The position numbers and the translations under genes were made by a program. Below, piece after piece: positions 1 to 7,935 of a stretch of 64,000 nt of DNA (the stretch's first letter is position 1; every line of letters starts with the position of its first letter). The notes under the pieces are model-generated. The model made no database searches and was not told the origin of the DNA. It was given only the letters and a program-made list of their open reading frames with translations. The DNA comes from Gammaproteobacteria bacterium. Its GTDB lineage: Bacteria > Pseudomonadota > Gammaproteobacteria > JBCCGL01. The DNA lies in contig OZ255836.1 of NCBI GenBank assembly GCA_965277715.1, positions 3,264,001 to 3,328,000 of the forward strand, given 5' to 3'.

Positions 1-260
1 TTACTTGGGACGCTGACAAAAACGCTTTGCTACAAGCGGCGCGTGGATTTGGCTTTGAAGACATAGTAGCGGCCATTGACGCCGGTGGGCTGCTGGACGA
101 CATCGAGAACCCTAGTGGCAACTTTCTGCACCAACGAGCGCTGGTAGTAAAACTAAATGGTTACGCTGTATTTGTGCCTTACGTTATAGAAGGCAGCGCA
201 AAATTTCTCAAGACGGCTTACTACAGCCGCCGTGAAACAAAATTATATCTCAACCGATAA
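1..260 (+). CDS. BrnT-like type II toxin (5' end outside window)
   Basis: Frame is open from the window edge (TWDADKNALLQAARGFGFEDIV...FLKTAYYSRR); W-D-x-x-K-N start and FLKT motif typical of BrnT-like toxins; directly upstream of an antitoxin-like ORF. Confidence 0.7.
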   Translation, partial: TWDADKNALLQAARGFGFEDIVAAIDAGGLLDDIENPSGNFLHQRALVVKLNGYAVFVPYVIEGSAKFLKTAYYSRRETKLYLNR

Positions 261-264
261 ACCC

Positions 265-576
265 ATGAAAAAACCGATAATCGACCTCGACCCAACCCCG
301 CTTGACGATGAAGAGCGGAATATTATGGCCGCCTGGAACAACGCCTACGAAAAAGGTACGGTTGTTTCCCAGCTGACGCCGGAACGCAAAACCGAGCTGG
401 AAGCCACAGCACGAGCTACCATAAACCCACCCAAAAAACACATCTCTACTCGTCTGCCAGAACCAGACCTAGTACGCCTAAAAGCGCGTGCATTGGCATT
501 GGGTATGCCTTATCAGACGCTTTTGGCGTCAGTGATTCATCGCTACGTTGAAGGCCAGTTGGTAGAAAAAAACTAA
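265..576 (+). CDS. CopG/BrnA-like antitoxin
   Basis: ATG at 265 just after the toxin stop; C-terminal RHH-like motif KKHISTRLPEPDLVRLKARALALGMPYQTLLASVIHRY. Confidence 0.75.
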   Translation: MKKPIIDLDPTPLDDEERNIMAAWNNAYEKGTVVSQLTPERKTELEATARATINPPKKHISTRLPEPDLVRLKARALALGMPYQTLLASVIHRYVEGQLVEKN

Positions 577-663
577 TACTCAGACCGCGACCGACCAGCG
601 CCCTTACCGGATGAGGAAGTGATTAGTAATAGAGGAAAAAAAGGACAGTTGGATTTGTTTTAA

Positions 664-1215
664 GTGGTGTGTTTTGACCCGTCAAAACAAAGTGCCGACA
701 CTATCCGCGCTATTGGTCAGTTGCTCAATGCCGCCATTTTGAGCCATGTGTTGGGACGGACGCCTTACAAGCGGCAGCCGATTCATTTATTTGTGGATGA
801 ATGCCAGTATTTCGTTAGCCCGACCATTGCCGACATATTGGGCGAAAGCCGCAAGTTTGGGCTTTATGCCACGTTGGCCACCCAGCGGGTCGAACGGCTT
901 GATCCCGATTTGCAAGACGCCATTTTAGGCAACGTTGGTACTATTTGGGTGGGGGCTTCGCGTCACACCACCGCCGAAAAACTAGCCAAGGAAACCGATT
1001 TAGGAACGGCGCAGATTCGCACCCTACCTAATTTATCTTTTTTTCGAGTGGTTGGTGATAAACCCACTGTTCGCCAGCGCCTTCGTTTTATCGGTCGCCG
1101 ATTCGCTATGACGCCCAAAGAGTGGGGGAAAGTGACGCGACAGCAGGTCAAAGATTACTATCGCAAACCCTTCCCCCAAAGTGATAGCGAGCAAAAACTC
1201 CATTCTGAAACGTAA
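664..1215 (+). pseudogene. C-terminal fragment of a type IV coupling protein / HerA-FtsK-like ATPase
   Basis: Walker B-type LFVDECQYF and ESRKFGLYATLATQ motifs, but no Walker A or N-terminal half; its stop codon is supplied by the IS66 left end. Confidence 0.65.
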
Positions 1216-1299
1216 GCGCCAAAGAATAGGCGTCTACCAATTACTCGGGTTCGCCCCTCACACTGCACCACAGCAACCCAATACCCGCATAGGTGTAGT

Positions 1300-1617
1300 A
1301 TGAGCAATAAAGAACGTGCGTCGTACTGGCGCAATCAAATTGAACAATGGCAAGCATCCGGTTTGAGTGGTGCGAAGTTTTGCCAGGATAACGGCATCAA
1401 CTTGAAACGGTTTTACTATTGGAGCCGTAAATGTTCCCGTAAAACTATTCAAGCAGTGCAGAGTAACATGCCTGTAGCAGGCTTTACCCAAGTGATGGTG
1501 GCTGATAGGCAAAGGGCTGATCCGGGTTTGTGTTTTACGCTGGCCAATGGCTGTGCCATTTCTGGCATTACCGCCGCTAACGTGACGTTAGTTGGCGCGT
1601 TACTGGCGCAGTTATGA
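1300..1617 (+). CDS. tnpA: IS66 accessory protein TnpA
   Basis: WRNQIEQWQASGLSGAKFC...FYYW HTH-like motif; first ORF of IS66. Confidence 0.85.
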   Translation: MSNKERASYWRNQIEQWQASGLSGAKFCQDNGINLKRFYYWSRKCSRKTIQAVQSNMPVAGFTQVMVADRQRADPGLCFTLANGCAISGITAANVTLVGALLAQL

Positions 1618-1982
1618 TGGCCCGTTATTTACGGCCATCGCTCGATATTCCAAAGGTGTTTTTATACCGAGAGACGGTGGACTTTCGTAAGCAAAGCAAT
1701 GGCCTTGCGGCCATTGTTGAGCGAGAGCTGGGTCACAACCTGTTTGAGGGTGGCTTATACGTGTTCACCAATCGCCACCGCAACAAAATCAAATGTCTGA
1801 TGTGGGAGGACAACGGTTTTGTACTGTATTACAAAGCCTTGGCCGAAGAGCAGTTTAAGTGGCCTGACCTCGATGAGGAAGTCATATCACTGACCGGCAC
1901 ACAAATAAATTGGTTGCTTGATGGCTATGATTTAGCCGCAATGAAAGGCCACAAAGTATTGCATTACGAATCTGTTTTTTAG
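1614..1982 (+). CDS. tnpB: IS66 accessory protein TnpB
   Basis: VDFRKQSNGL, YVFTNRHRNKIKCLMWEDNGFVLYYKAL motifs. Confidence 0.92.
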   Translation: MMARYLRPSLDIPKVFLYRETVDFRKQSNGLAAIVERELGHNLFEGGLYVFTNRHRNKIKCLMWEDNGFVLYYKALAEEQFKWPDLDEEVISLTGTQINWLLDGYDLAAMKGHKVLHYESVF

Positions 1983-2049
1983 CCTGCTAAAGGGTGAAAA
2001 AGTGTTTAATTTTAATGATCTTTAGACAGCTATTTGGTATTATTACGCG

Positions 2050-3657
2050 ATGGTTTTGGCATCGGAAATTCAACAAAAACAACGCAATGACACCGGCTTA
2101 ACGGCGGCTGAATTAGTGGCCGTGCTGGCAGAAAAAGAAGCCGAATTAGCGCACCATAACCAAATTATTCAACGTCACAAAAACACCATTAAAAACCGCG
2201 ATCACTACATTCGTTTGCTGGAAGAACGGTTGCGTCTTTCCAAGGTTCAGAGGTTCGGCGCTAACAGCGAAAAGCTTGCCTTCCAGATTGACTTGTTTGA
2301 TGAAGCGGAACTCGAACAAGCCATTGTCGACATTGATAACCAACTACCGGATGAGTTGCTACCTCAGCCTACGACCACGAACAAGAAAAAACGTCAACGC
2401 GGCTTCTCCAACCGTTTACCCCGTGTGCGCGTTGAGCTAGCCTTAAGCGATGAGGAAAAAGCAGGCGCTACACGTACTTTCTTTGTGAAAGTCAAAGAAG
2501 AACTCCAATACATTCCCGCACAACTCAACGTTTTAGAGTACTGGCAAGAAAAGGCCGTCTTCAGCTACGCAGGTGATGACCACATCATCGCCGCGCAACG
2601 CCCCATACACCCTTTGGGTAAGTGCTTTGCCAGCACGGCTCTGCTCGCCAACATCATGGTGTCCAAATACGCCGATGGGTTGCCCTTGTATCGCCAGGAA
2701 AGCATTTTAAAGCGTTATGGACATGCCGTGAGCCGCACCAACATGGCCAACTGGATGATTCGCCTGGAAGATGTCTTAAAACCCCTGATGACCTTGCTGC
2801 GGGAAAGTCAAAATGCCGGTGATTATGTGCAAATGGACGAAACGCGTATCCAGGTACTCAAAGAAAATGGCAAAACCGCCCAATCCGATAAATGGATGTG
2901 GCTAACGCGCGGTGGCCCTCCAGCCCAGCCCAGTGTGTTGTTTGAATACGACCCCTCTCGTTCGGGCGAAGTGCCACAACGCTTACTGGAAGGTTTTCAA
3001 GGCACTCTGCAAGTCGATGGCTATTCAGGGTATAACGGGGTGTGCGAGCAGCAAAATCTGACACGTATCGGTTGCTGGGATCATGTGCGCCGAAAATTCA
3101 TTGATGCCATTAAAGCCGCCGATAAAGCAAACACGAAAAAATGCCGTGCCTCGAAAGCCGATGTCGCCATCGGTAAAATCCGCAAGCTCTATCTCATTGA
3201 GAAAAAGATACAAGCGCTTGAACCCGCAGAAAAACAAAGGCTTCGCCAAGCACTTAGCCAACCGGTGTTGGAAGACTTCAAACAATGGCTGGATAAGCAT
3301 ATTACTAAGGTGGCTAAAAAGTCCCTTACTCGTAACGCCATGGACTATGCACTGAATCAATGGCATACCCTCACAGGCTACTGTGATGATGGACGGTTAC
3401 ACATCAGCAACGTGCTGGCTGAAAATGCCATTAGGCCTTTTGCCGTGGGTAGAAAAGCCTGGTTGTTTGCCGATTCAACCCGTGGTGCCCATGCCAGTGC
3501 CACATGTTACTCATTGATCGAAACGGCCAAAGCTAATGGGCTTGAACCCTATGCGTACATACTGCACGTCCTTAATCATATCGGCAGTGCGGATACTCTT
3601 GAAAAGATAGAGGCCTTGCTACCTTGGCATGTCGTTTTGGACATTACCTTGGAATAG
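2050..3657 (+). CDS. tnpC: IS66 DDE transposase TnpC
   Basis: FGANSEK, KYADGLPLYRQ, QMDET, QVDGYSGY, CWDHVRRKF, SNVLAENAIRP, SLIETAKANG and LLPW motifs. Confidence 0.95.
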   Translation: MVLASEIQQKQRNDTGLTAAELVAVLAEKEAELAHHNQIIQRHKNTIKNRDHYIRLLEERLRLSKVQRFGANSEKLAFQIDLFDEAELEQAIVDIDNQLPDELLPQPTTTNKKKRQRGFSNRLPRVRVELALSDEEKAGATRTFFVKVKEELQYIPAQLNVLEYWQEKAVFSYAGDDHIIAAQRPIHPLGKCFASTALLANIMVSKYADGLPLYRQESILKRYGHAVSRTNMANWMIRLEDVLKPLMTLLRESQNAGDYVQMDETRIQVLKENGKTAQSDKWMWLTRGGPPAQPSVLFEYDPSRSGEVPQRLLEGFQGTLQVDGYSGYNGVCEQQNLTRIGCWDHVRRKFIDAIKAADKANTKKCRASKADVAIGKIRKLYLIEKKIQALEPAEKQRLRQALSQPVLEDFKQWLDKHITKVAKKSLTRNAMDYALNQWHTLTGYCDDGRLHISNVLAENAIRPFAVGRKAWLFADSTRGAHASATCYSLIETAKANGLEPYAYILHVLNHIGSADTLEKIEALLPWHVVLDITLE

Positions 3658-3679
3658 AGGCTGATTTAAGGGCGCTTAC

Positions 3680-4196
3680 CAAGGACAGTGACTGCTATCA
3701 CCACCACTTTCAAATGGCGGATCTTGAACAGCAGCGTGTGCTTTCACCCCACTGCGCTATCCATGTACTGGAACTGGAAAAGTGGCGACGGCACCATAAC
3801 CTTGAAGCAAAAGATCAATGGATGTATTTTTTTAAGGATGCAGACAAATGGGAAGTACTTCCCACAGACCTTGATACCGAAGAAATGAGGCAGGCGATGG
3901 CCATATTGAAACGATTTTCAGAGAAAGAGCAGGATTACCACCTTTACCAGGCCCGGCAGAATATTCTTCGGGAGGAAAAGTCCCGGCAGCGTTCACTAAG
4001 CGAGGCGGTTAAGGCGATGAACGACGAACGCAGACAGAAAGAATCAGAGCGCAGACAGAAAGAGGAGGAGCGTAGGCAGAAATAAGAGGAACGCAGGCAG
4101 AAAGAAGCCGCACTTCAAGAAAAAGAGCGGCTATACGCTTTGTTGAAAAAGGCGGGCATTGATCCTGATCTTGAAGAGGAAGAAAGCGATAACTGA
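3680..4196 (+). pseudogene. Rpn-family nuclease copy 1, 5'-truncated by IS66, with internal stop
   Basis: Near-identical to the 3' half of 5613..6461, starting mid-gene right at the IS end; TAA at 4083-4085; normal stop lost by a downstream deletion. Confidence 0.88.
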
Positions 4197-4256
4197 TTTA
4201 ATAACCCATTGTACTGACACCTATTGACAGTACAGACACTTAGGAAAAACAAGGCA

Positions 4257-5390
4257 GTGTTAACAGGTTTTTCTATTACTCAACCCCAATTGGCTAAACA
4301 ATGTCAATTTGTTTGGTTGCGTGCGTTATGGGTGCTGTCTGCCTGTCTGTTCCTACCTGCTATTACCTACGCGGTTAATAGTAACCCCCCGCTCAGTTTT
4401 ACCCCTATTCCCGGCGATCCGTTTCGAGACCCTGCAATTCTCGCTGAGCTTGCCGCGCTTGAAGCCACGGTTGATGACACTGATTTGATGTTTGAAGCGG
4501 ACCTGGCATTACGTAACCAGCCCAGGGAGTGGGAGTACATGCTTAAGCCGGATGAGAAGCAAACCCCGATTAATGATTTGCGTTATTACGACAACCGTGA
4601 CCAACTGACCTGGGGACACTTTACTCTCACCAAACAACCCGCTAGTGAGACTGGCCGAGAAGCGGTAGAGCTGTTTCGCCAACTGGCCCAGGGGCGTGGA
4701 GGTGAGTGGCCGAGAATAATTCAACGTTTGGAAAGGGCGCAATCAGAAAATGATCACATTAGTGGTGCGTTGTTAGGTTGGTGTTTTCTGTACGGTTTGG
4801 GTGTTGTGCAAAGTGACGCCCAGGCGTTTGCGTATTTTCGCCGGGCCGTGAAGGCGGGAGAGCCATCGGGGCACTATGATTTGGGTCGGCTGGTGACGCT
4901 TGGCCGAATCGATGCGTTTGAGGCGGGCATGAAAGAGGCGGAGCGAATCCGCGCCAGCGGGGAAGAAGCGCAAGAACTTGAAGAACGCAACAAACAACAT
5001 AAGAAGAACGAGAAAACCTTTCGTAAGTCCTGGCTAAAACAAGGTCGGAACCAAAAGCGCAGCAACGACAACAGCCCACGATTTATTCCACCGCAACCCA
5101 AGAACCCCCTATCGAGTGTACTGACCTTGCCCCTGGCAATGGGGAGCAAGCGGGATAAACCGGAAGAATTAAAAGAACTGGTGAGCTATCACCACTACCG
5201 CAAGGCGGCCAATCAGGGGCAGGCGCAAGCCAGCTATGCAATCGCTTATGGGTATATTTATGGTTGGCCACAATCCCAGTTTCCGTCACTTGATCTCAAA
5301 CGTGGCTGGGAGTGGATGGAAAAGGCGGCGATGTATCAGCTTTATTTGGCTTATAGCGGTTCATTGTCGACGGCACGGATGAAACGCTGA
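4257..5390 (+). CDS. Secreted SEL1-like repeat protein, probably 3'-truncated (candidate immunity/partner protein)
   Basis: GTG start after AGGAAAAACAAGGCA; hydrophobic signal-like N-terminus; SEL1 motifs LGWCFLYGLGVVQSDAQAFAYFRRAV and KAANQGQAQASYAIAYGYIYG...DLKRGWEWMEKAA; last codons run into an RTX-derived fragment. Confidence 0.7.
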   Translation: MLTGFSITQPQLAKQCQFVWLRALWVLSACLFLPAITYAVNSNPPLSFTPIPGDPFRDPAILAELAALEATVDDTDLMFEADLALRNQPREWEYMLKPDEKQTPINDLRYYDNRDQLTWGHFTLTKQPASETGREAVELFRQLAQGRGGEWPRIIQRLERAQSENDHISGALLGWCFLYGLGVVQSDAQAFAYFRRAVKAGEPSGHYDLGRLVTLGRIDAFEAGMKEAERIRASGEEAQELEERNKQHKKNEKTFRKSWLKQGRNQKRSNDNSPRFIPPQPKNPLSSVLTLPLAMGSKRDKPEELKELVSYHHYRKAANQGQAQASYAIAYGYIYGWPQSQFPSLDLKRGWEWMEKAAMYQLYLAYSGSLSTARMKR

Positions 5391-5512
5391 GCATCATCGG
5401 TGCCGATGGCACAGACACGCTACTGGAAGTGGAATACCTGCACTTTCTGGGTGATGTTGATACCGACCTGGTGCGTGTTGACCACCTGATGGTGATGCTC
5501 AAAGACCAACAG
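5374..5512 (+). repeat. Direct copy of internal RTX gene segment 12537..12675
   Basis: 139 bp cacggatgaaacgctgagcatc...ctcaaagaccaacag with only a few substitutions versus the RTX gene. Confidence 0.95.
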
Positions 5513-5612
5513 TGTCACCCAAACAATGTTTTATCCTCAATGATGGCTTACACAGACGAAGGTGGTAGACTGGCGTTAGTTATAGCCACTCAGTGCTGCC
5601 AACAAACACACC

Positions 5613-6461
5613 ATGCAACCCATTGACCCAAAAATTGATTGTGTCTTTAAGGCCATCCTGGGCGCACCGGAAAATACCCCACTGCTGATTCACTTTCTCA
5701 ATGGTGTACTCACGCCTGAGAGTCCGATCACAGACGTTGAAATTCTCAACCCCTACAACGAAAAGGAATACCTTTCAGACAAACTCACCATAGTCGATAT
5801 AAAAGCCCGTGATGCGGCCAATAACACCTATCAGGTGGAGCTGCAATTAAATATATTCCCCTATCTACCGGAACGGATGCTTTACTGTTGGAGTGATATT
5901 TACGGTGCACAGATTCAAAGTGGGCAGGACTATCACAAGCTGCAACCCTCAATATCTATCTGGCTATTGGGTGAAAATCTATTCAAGGACAGTGACTGCT
6001 ATCACCACCACTTTCAAATGGCGGATCTTGAACAGCAGCGTGTGCTTTCACCCCACTGCGCTATCCATGTACTGGAACTGGAAAAGTGGCGACGGCACCA
6101 CAATCTTGAAGCGAAAGACCAATGGATGTATTTTTTTAAGGATGCAGACAAGTGGGAAGTACTTCCCACAGAACTTGATACCGAAGAAATGAGGCAGGCA
6201 ATGGCCATATTGAAACGATTTTCAGAGAAAGAGCAGGATTACCACCTTTACCAGGCCCGTCAGAACATTCTCCGGGAGGAAAAGTCCCGGCAGCGTTCAC
6301 TAAGCGAGGCGGTTAAGGCGATGAACGACGAACGCAGACAGAAAGAATCAGAGCGCAGGCAGAAAGAGGAGGAGCGTAGGCAGAAAGAAGCCGCACTTCA
6401 AGAAAAAGAGCGGCTATACGCTTTGTTGAAAAAGGCGGGCATTGATCCTGACCTTGAATAG
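5613..6461 (+). CDS. Rpn-family recombination-promoting nuclease / PD-(D/E)XK putative transposase, copy 2
   Basis: IDPKIDCVFKAILG, LIHFLN, VDIKARD...YQVELQ, ERMLYCWS, IHVLELEK, QWMYFF motifs; coiled-coil C-terminal repeats. Confidence 0.9.
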   Translation: MQPIDPKIDCVFKAILGAPENTPLLIHFLNGVLTPESPITDVEILNPYNEKEYLSDKLTIVDIKARDAANNTYQVELQLNIFPYLPERMLYCWSDIYGAQIQSGQDYHKLQPSISIWLLGENLFKDSDCYHHHFQMADLEQQRVLSPHCAIHVLELEKWRRHHNLEAKDQWMYFFKDADKWEVLPTELDTEEMRQAMAILKRFSEKEQDYHLYQARQNILREEKSRQRSLSEAVKAMNDERRQKESERRQKEEERRQKEAALQEKERLYALLKKAGIDPDLE

Positions 6462-6519
6462 GTTATTGAGTGACAGATTAGCTCAGCAAGCAAAATATGA
6501 AGTTGCTCTCTATGCTTAA

Positions 6520-6747
6520 ATGTCTACTATACCTACTGCTGTCGACTATGGTTTTTTATTGGTTGGCATTTATAACAGACCCGATGAACGAGGCCTGTCA
6601 AATACTGATTGGACGTCATATGGAGATGACGGAGATAGACTCAGTTTCGGCCTAAGAATCCAAACCTACCAATACACAAACTACCCAAATCATGTGGTCT
6701 TTACAGTTGGCGGCACAGATTTTTGGTTTGGATGCGAGCTTGAGTGA
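6520..6747 (+). pseudogene. Short ORF resembling the start of a lipase-like (alpha/beta hydrolase) effector domain
   Basis: PTAVDYGFLLVGIY...W...FGLRIQTY...VVFTVGGTD resembles the DY-x6-Y...GF-x3-Y...VVAFRGTD pattern preceding GxSxG lipases; no GxSxG present, truncated. Confidence 0.35.
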
Positions 6748-7080
6748 TGGTGTGGAACAGAGTGAAACGGGGGCGAAGTACGCACGACCGTCTCAGGTAA
6801 TGCGGCAGATGATAATATTCACTGCATGAGTAAAAGACGTGAACTTATCCTCATCAATGAAGTTGGCACCTATTTATTCAGGCAGGCAGCTTGACAGATT
6901 GCCCGACCATCAAAACGTAAAGTTGCTCTTTATGCATTGAATTATAAGCAATAATTGAGGTAAGCTTGATTTCCGTTTTGGCCAGTAGAGGTAAGTTGGC
7001 CAGGGGAACAAAGCGACAACTGATTCGATGACCCACAGCACCCGATGCTACAGGTGCGACAAACACAGGAAAACAAGGCA

Positions 7081-7921
7081 GTGCTGAAAGGTTTTTCAAT
7101 ACAACAATTCAGATTGATTTGGGTACTGTCGATGCTAGGTGCCTGTCAGCTTGCGTTAGCCACTCAGTCGGCGAGTATCGAGCACCCCATCCAATATAGT
7201 TCTGGCGAGATTAAACCAGCATCCACAACCACCACATCTGATTTATTGATATTTGGAGCACAGCGTATGGATATCTCCCAAGAATTGGCACCCCCCAAAA
7301 CCACCCTGGCACTTAGAGAGCGGTATACAAAAGATATCACGATCATGCATGTTTATCTTGAGCAAAAAGATAGGCGTGTTTATTTTGAAGTCCCCAGAGC
7401 CTATTTTTACTGGCAACTAGATAAGATAAAAGACGGTGCGAAACTTAACAACATCAAGATCATAGCAGCGATTAATGAGGGCATGATACCCTGGTCACTG
7501 GCAAAAAAGTTCACTAAAAAAAAAATCACACGATGATATCGCAATTCAAATTGGGCTGAGTCGGCCCGGCTACCCCATTAAAAACTCTGCAATACCTCGC
7601 ACTGTTGCTAAATTTTCCAAAAATTACTGGGGAATTTATAGAGATGAGTTCGAGCGATATGATAGAAACATAATAAAAGGCAATAAGAAACCAATTACTT
7701 TCTTTTTAGTCCCAACAAAACCAGAAAAACCAGTTCTATATTTAGATTGCCCTAATATTGGCAATCCAAAAGCTGTAAATTGTACAGTAACAAGTGATTT
7801 TTCTGACGGCCTATCTTACAAATTTTCAATACCCTTAATATACGTTAATGATGTCTACGAATGGGATAAAAAAGTGCGCAGCTTGATACAGTCATTGATA
7901 GCGCCTTCACAGACAGGCTAA
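7081..7921 (+). pseudogene. Secreted hypothetical protein frameshifted at an A10 tract (candidate immunity/partner of the RTX head)
   Basis: Signal-like N-terminus; removing one A from 7516-7525 gives an open frame to TAA at 7919-7921, 14 nt before the RTX start. Confidence 0.75.
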
Positions 7922-7935
7922 GGAACAGGTTAAAA

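Larger units (their letters stand above)
1212..3679 (+). mobile_element. IS66-family insertion sequence
   Basis: Imperfect 24-bp terminal IRs: GTAAGCGCCaaagAATagGCgTCT at 1212 and the reverse complement of GTAAGCGCCcttaAATcaGCcTCT ending at 3679; tnpA-tnpB-tnpC inside; no 8-bp target duplication. Confidence 0.92.

Noticed and set aside
3624-4085. 153-aa ORF as a real IS-Rpn fusion gene
   Set aside because: Its start lies inside the end of tnpC and the IS terminal repeat; it is the truncated Rpn copy read from a fortuitous start
5613-6461. Rpn genes as classical IS elements
   Set aside because: No terminal inverted repeats or target duplications could be identified around any copy
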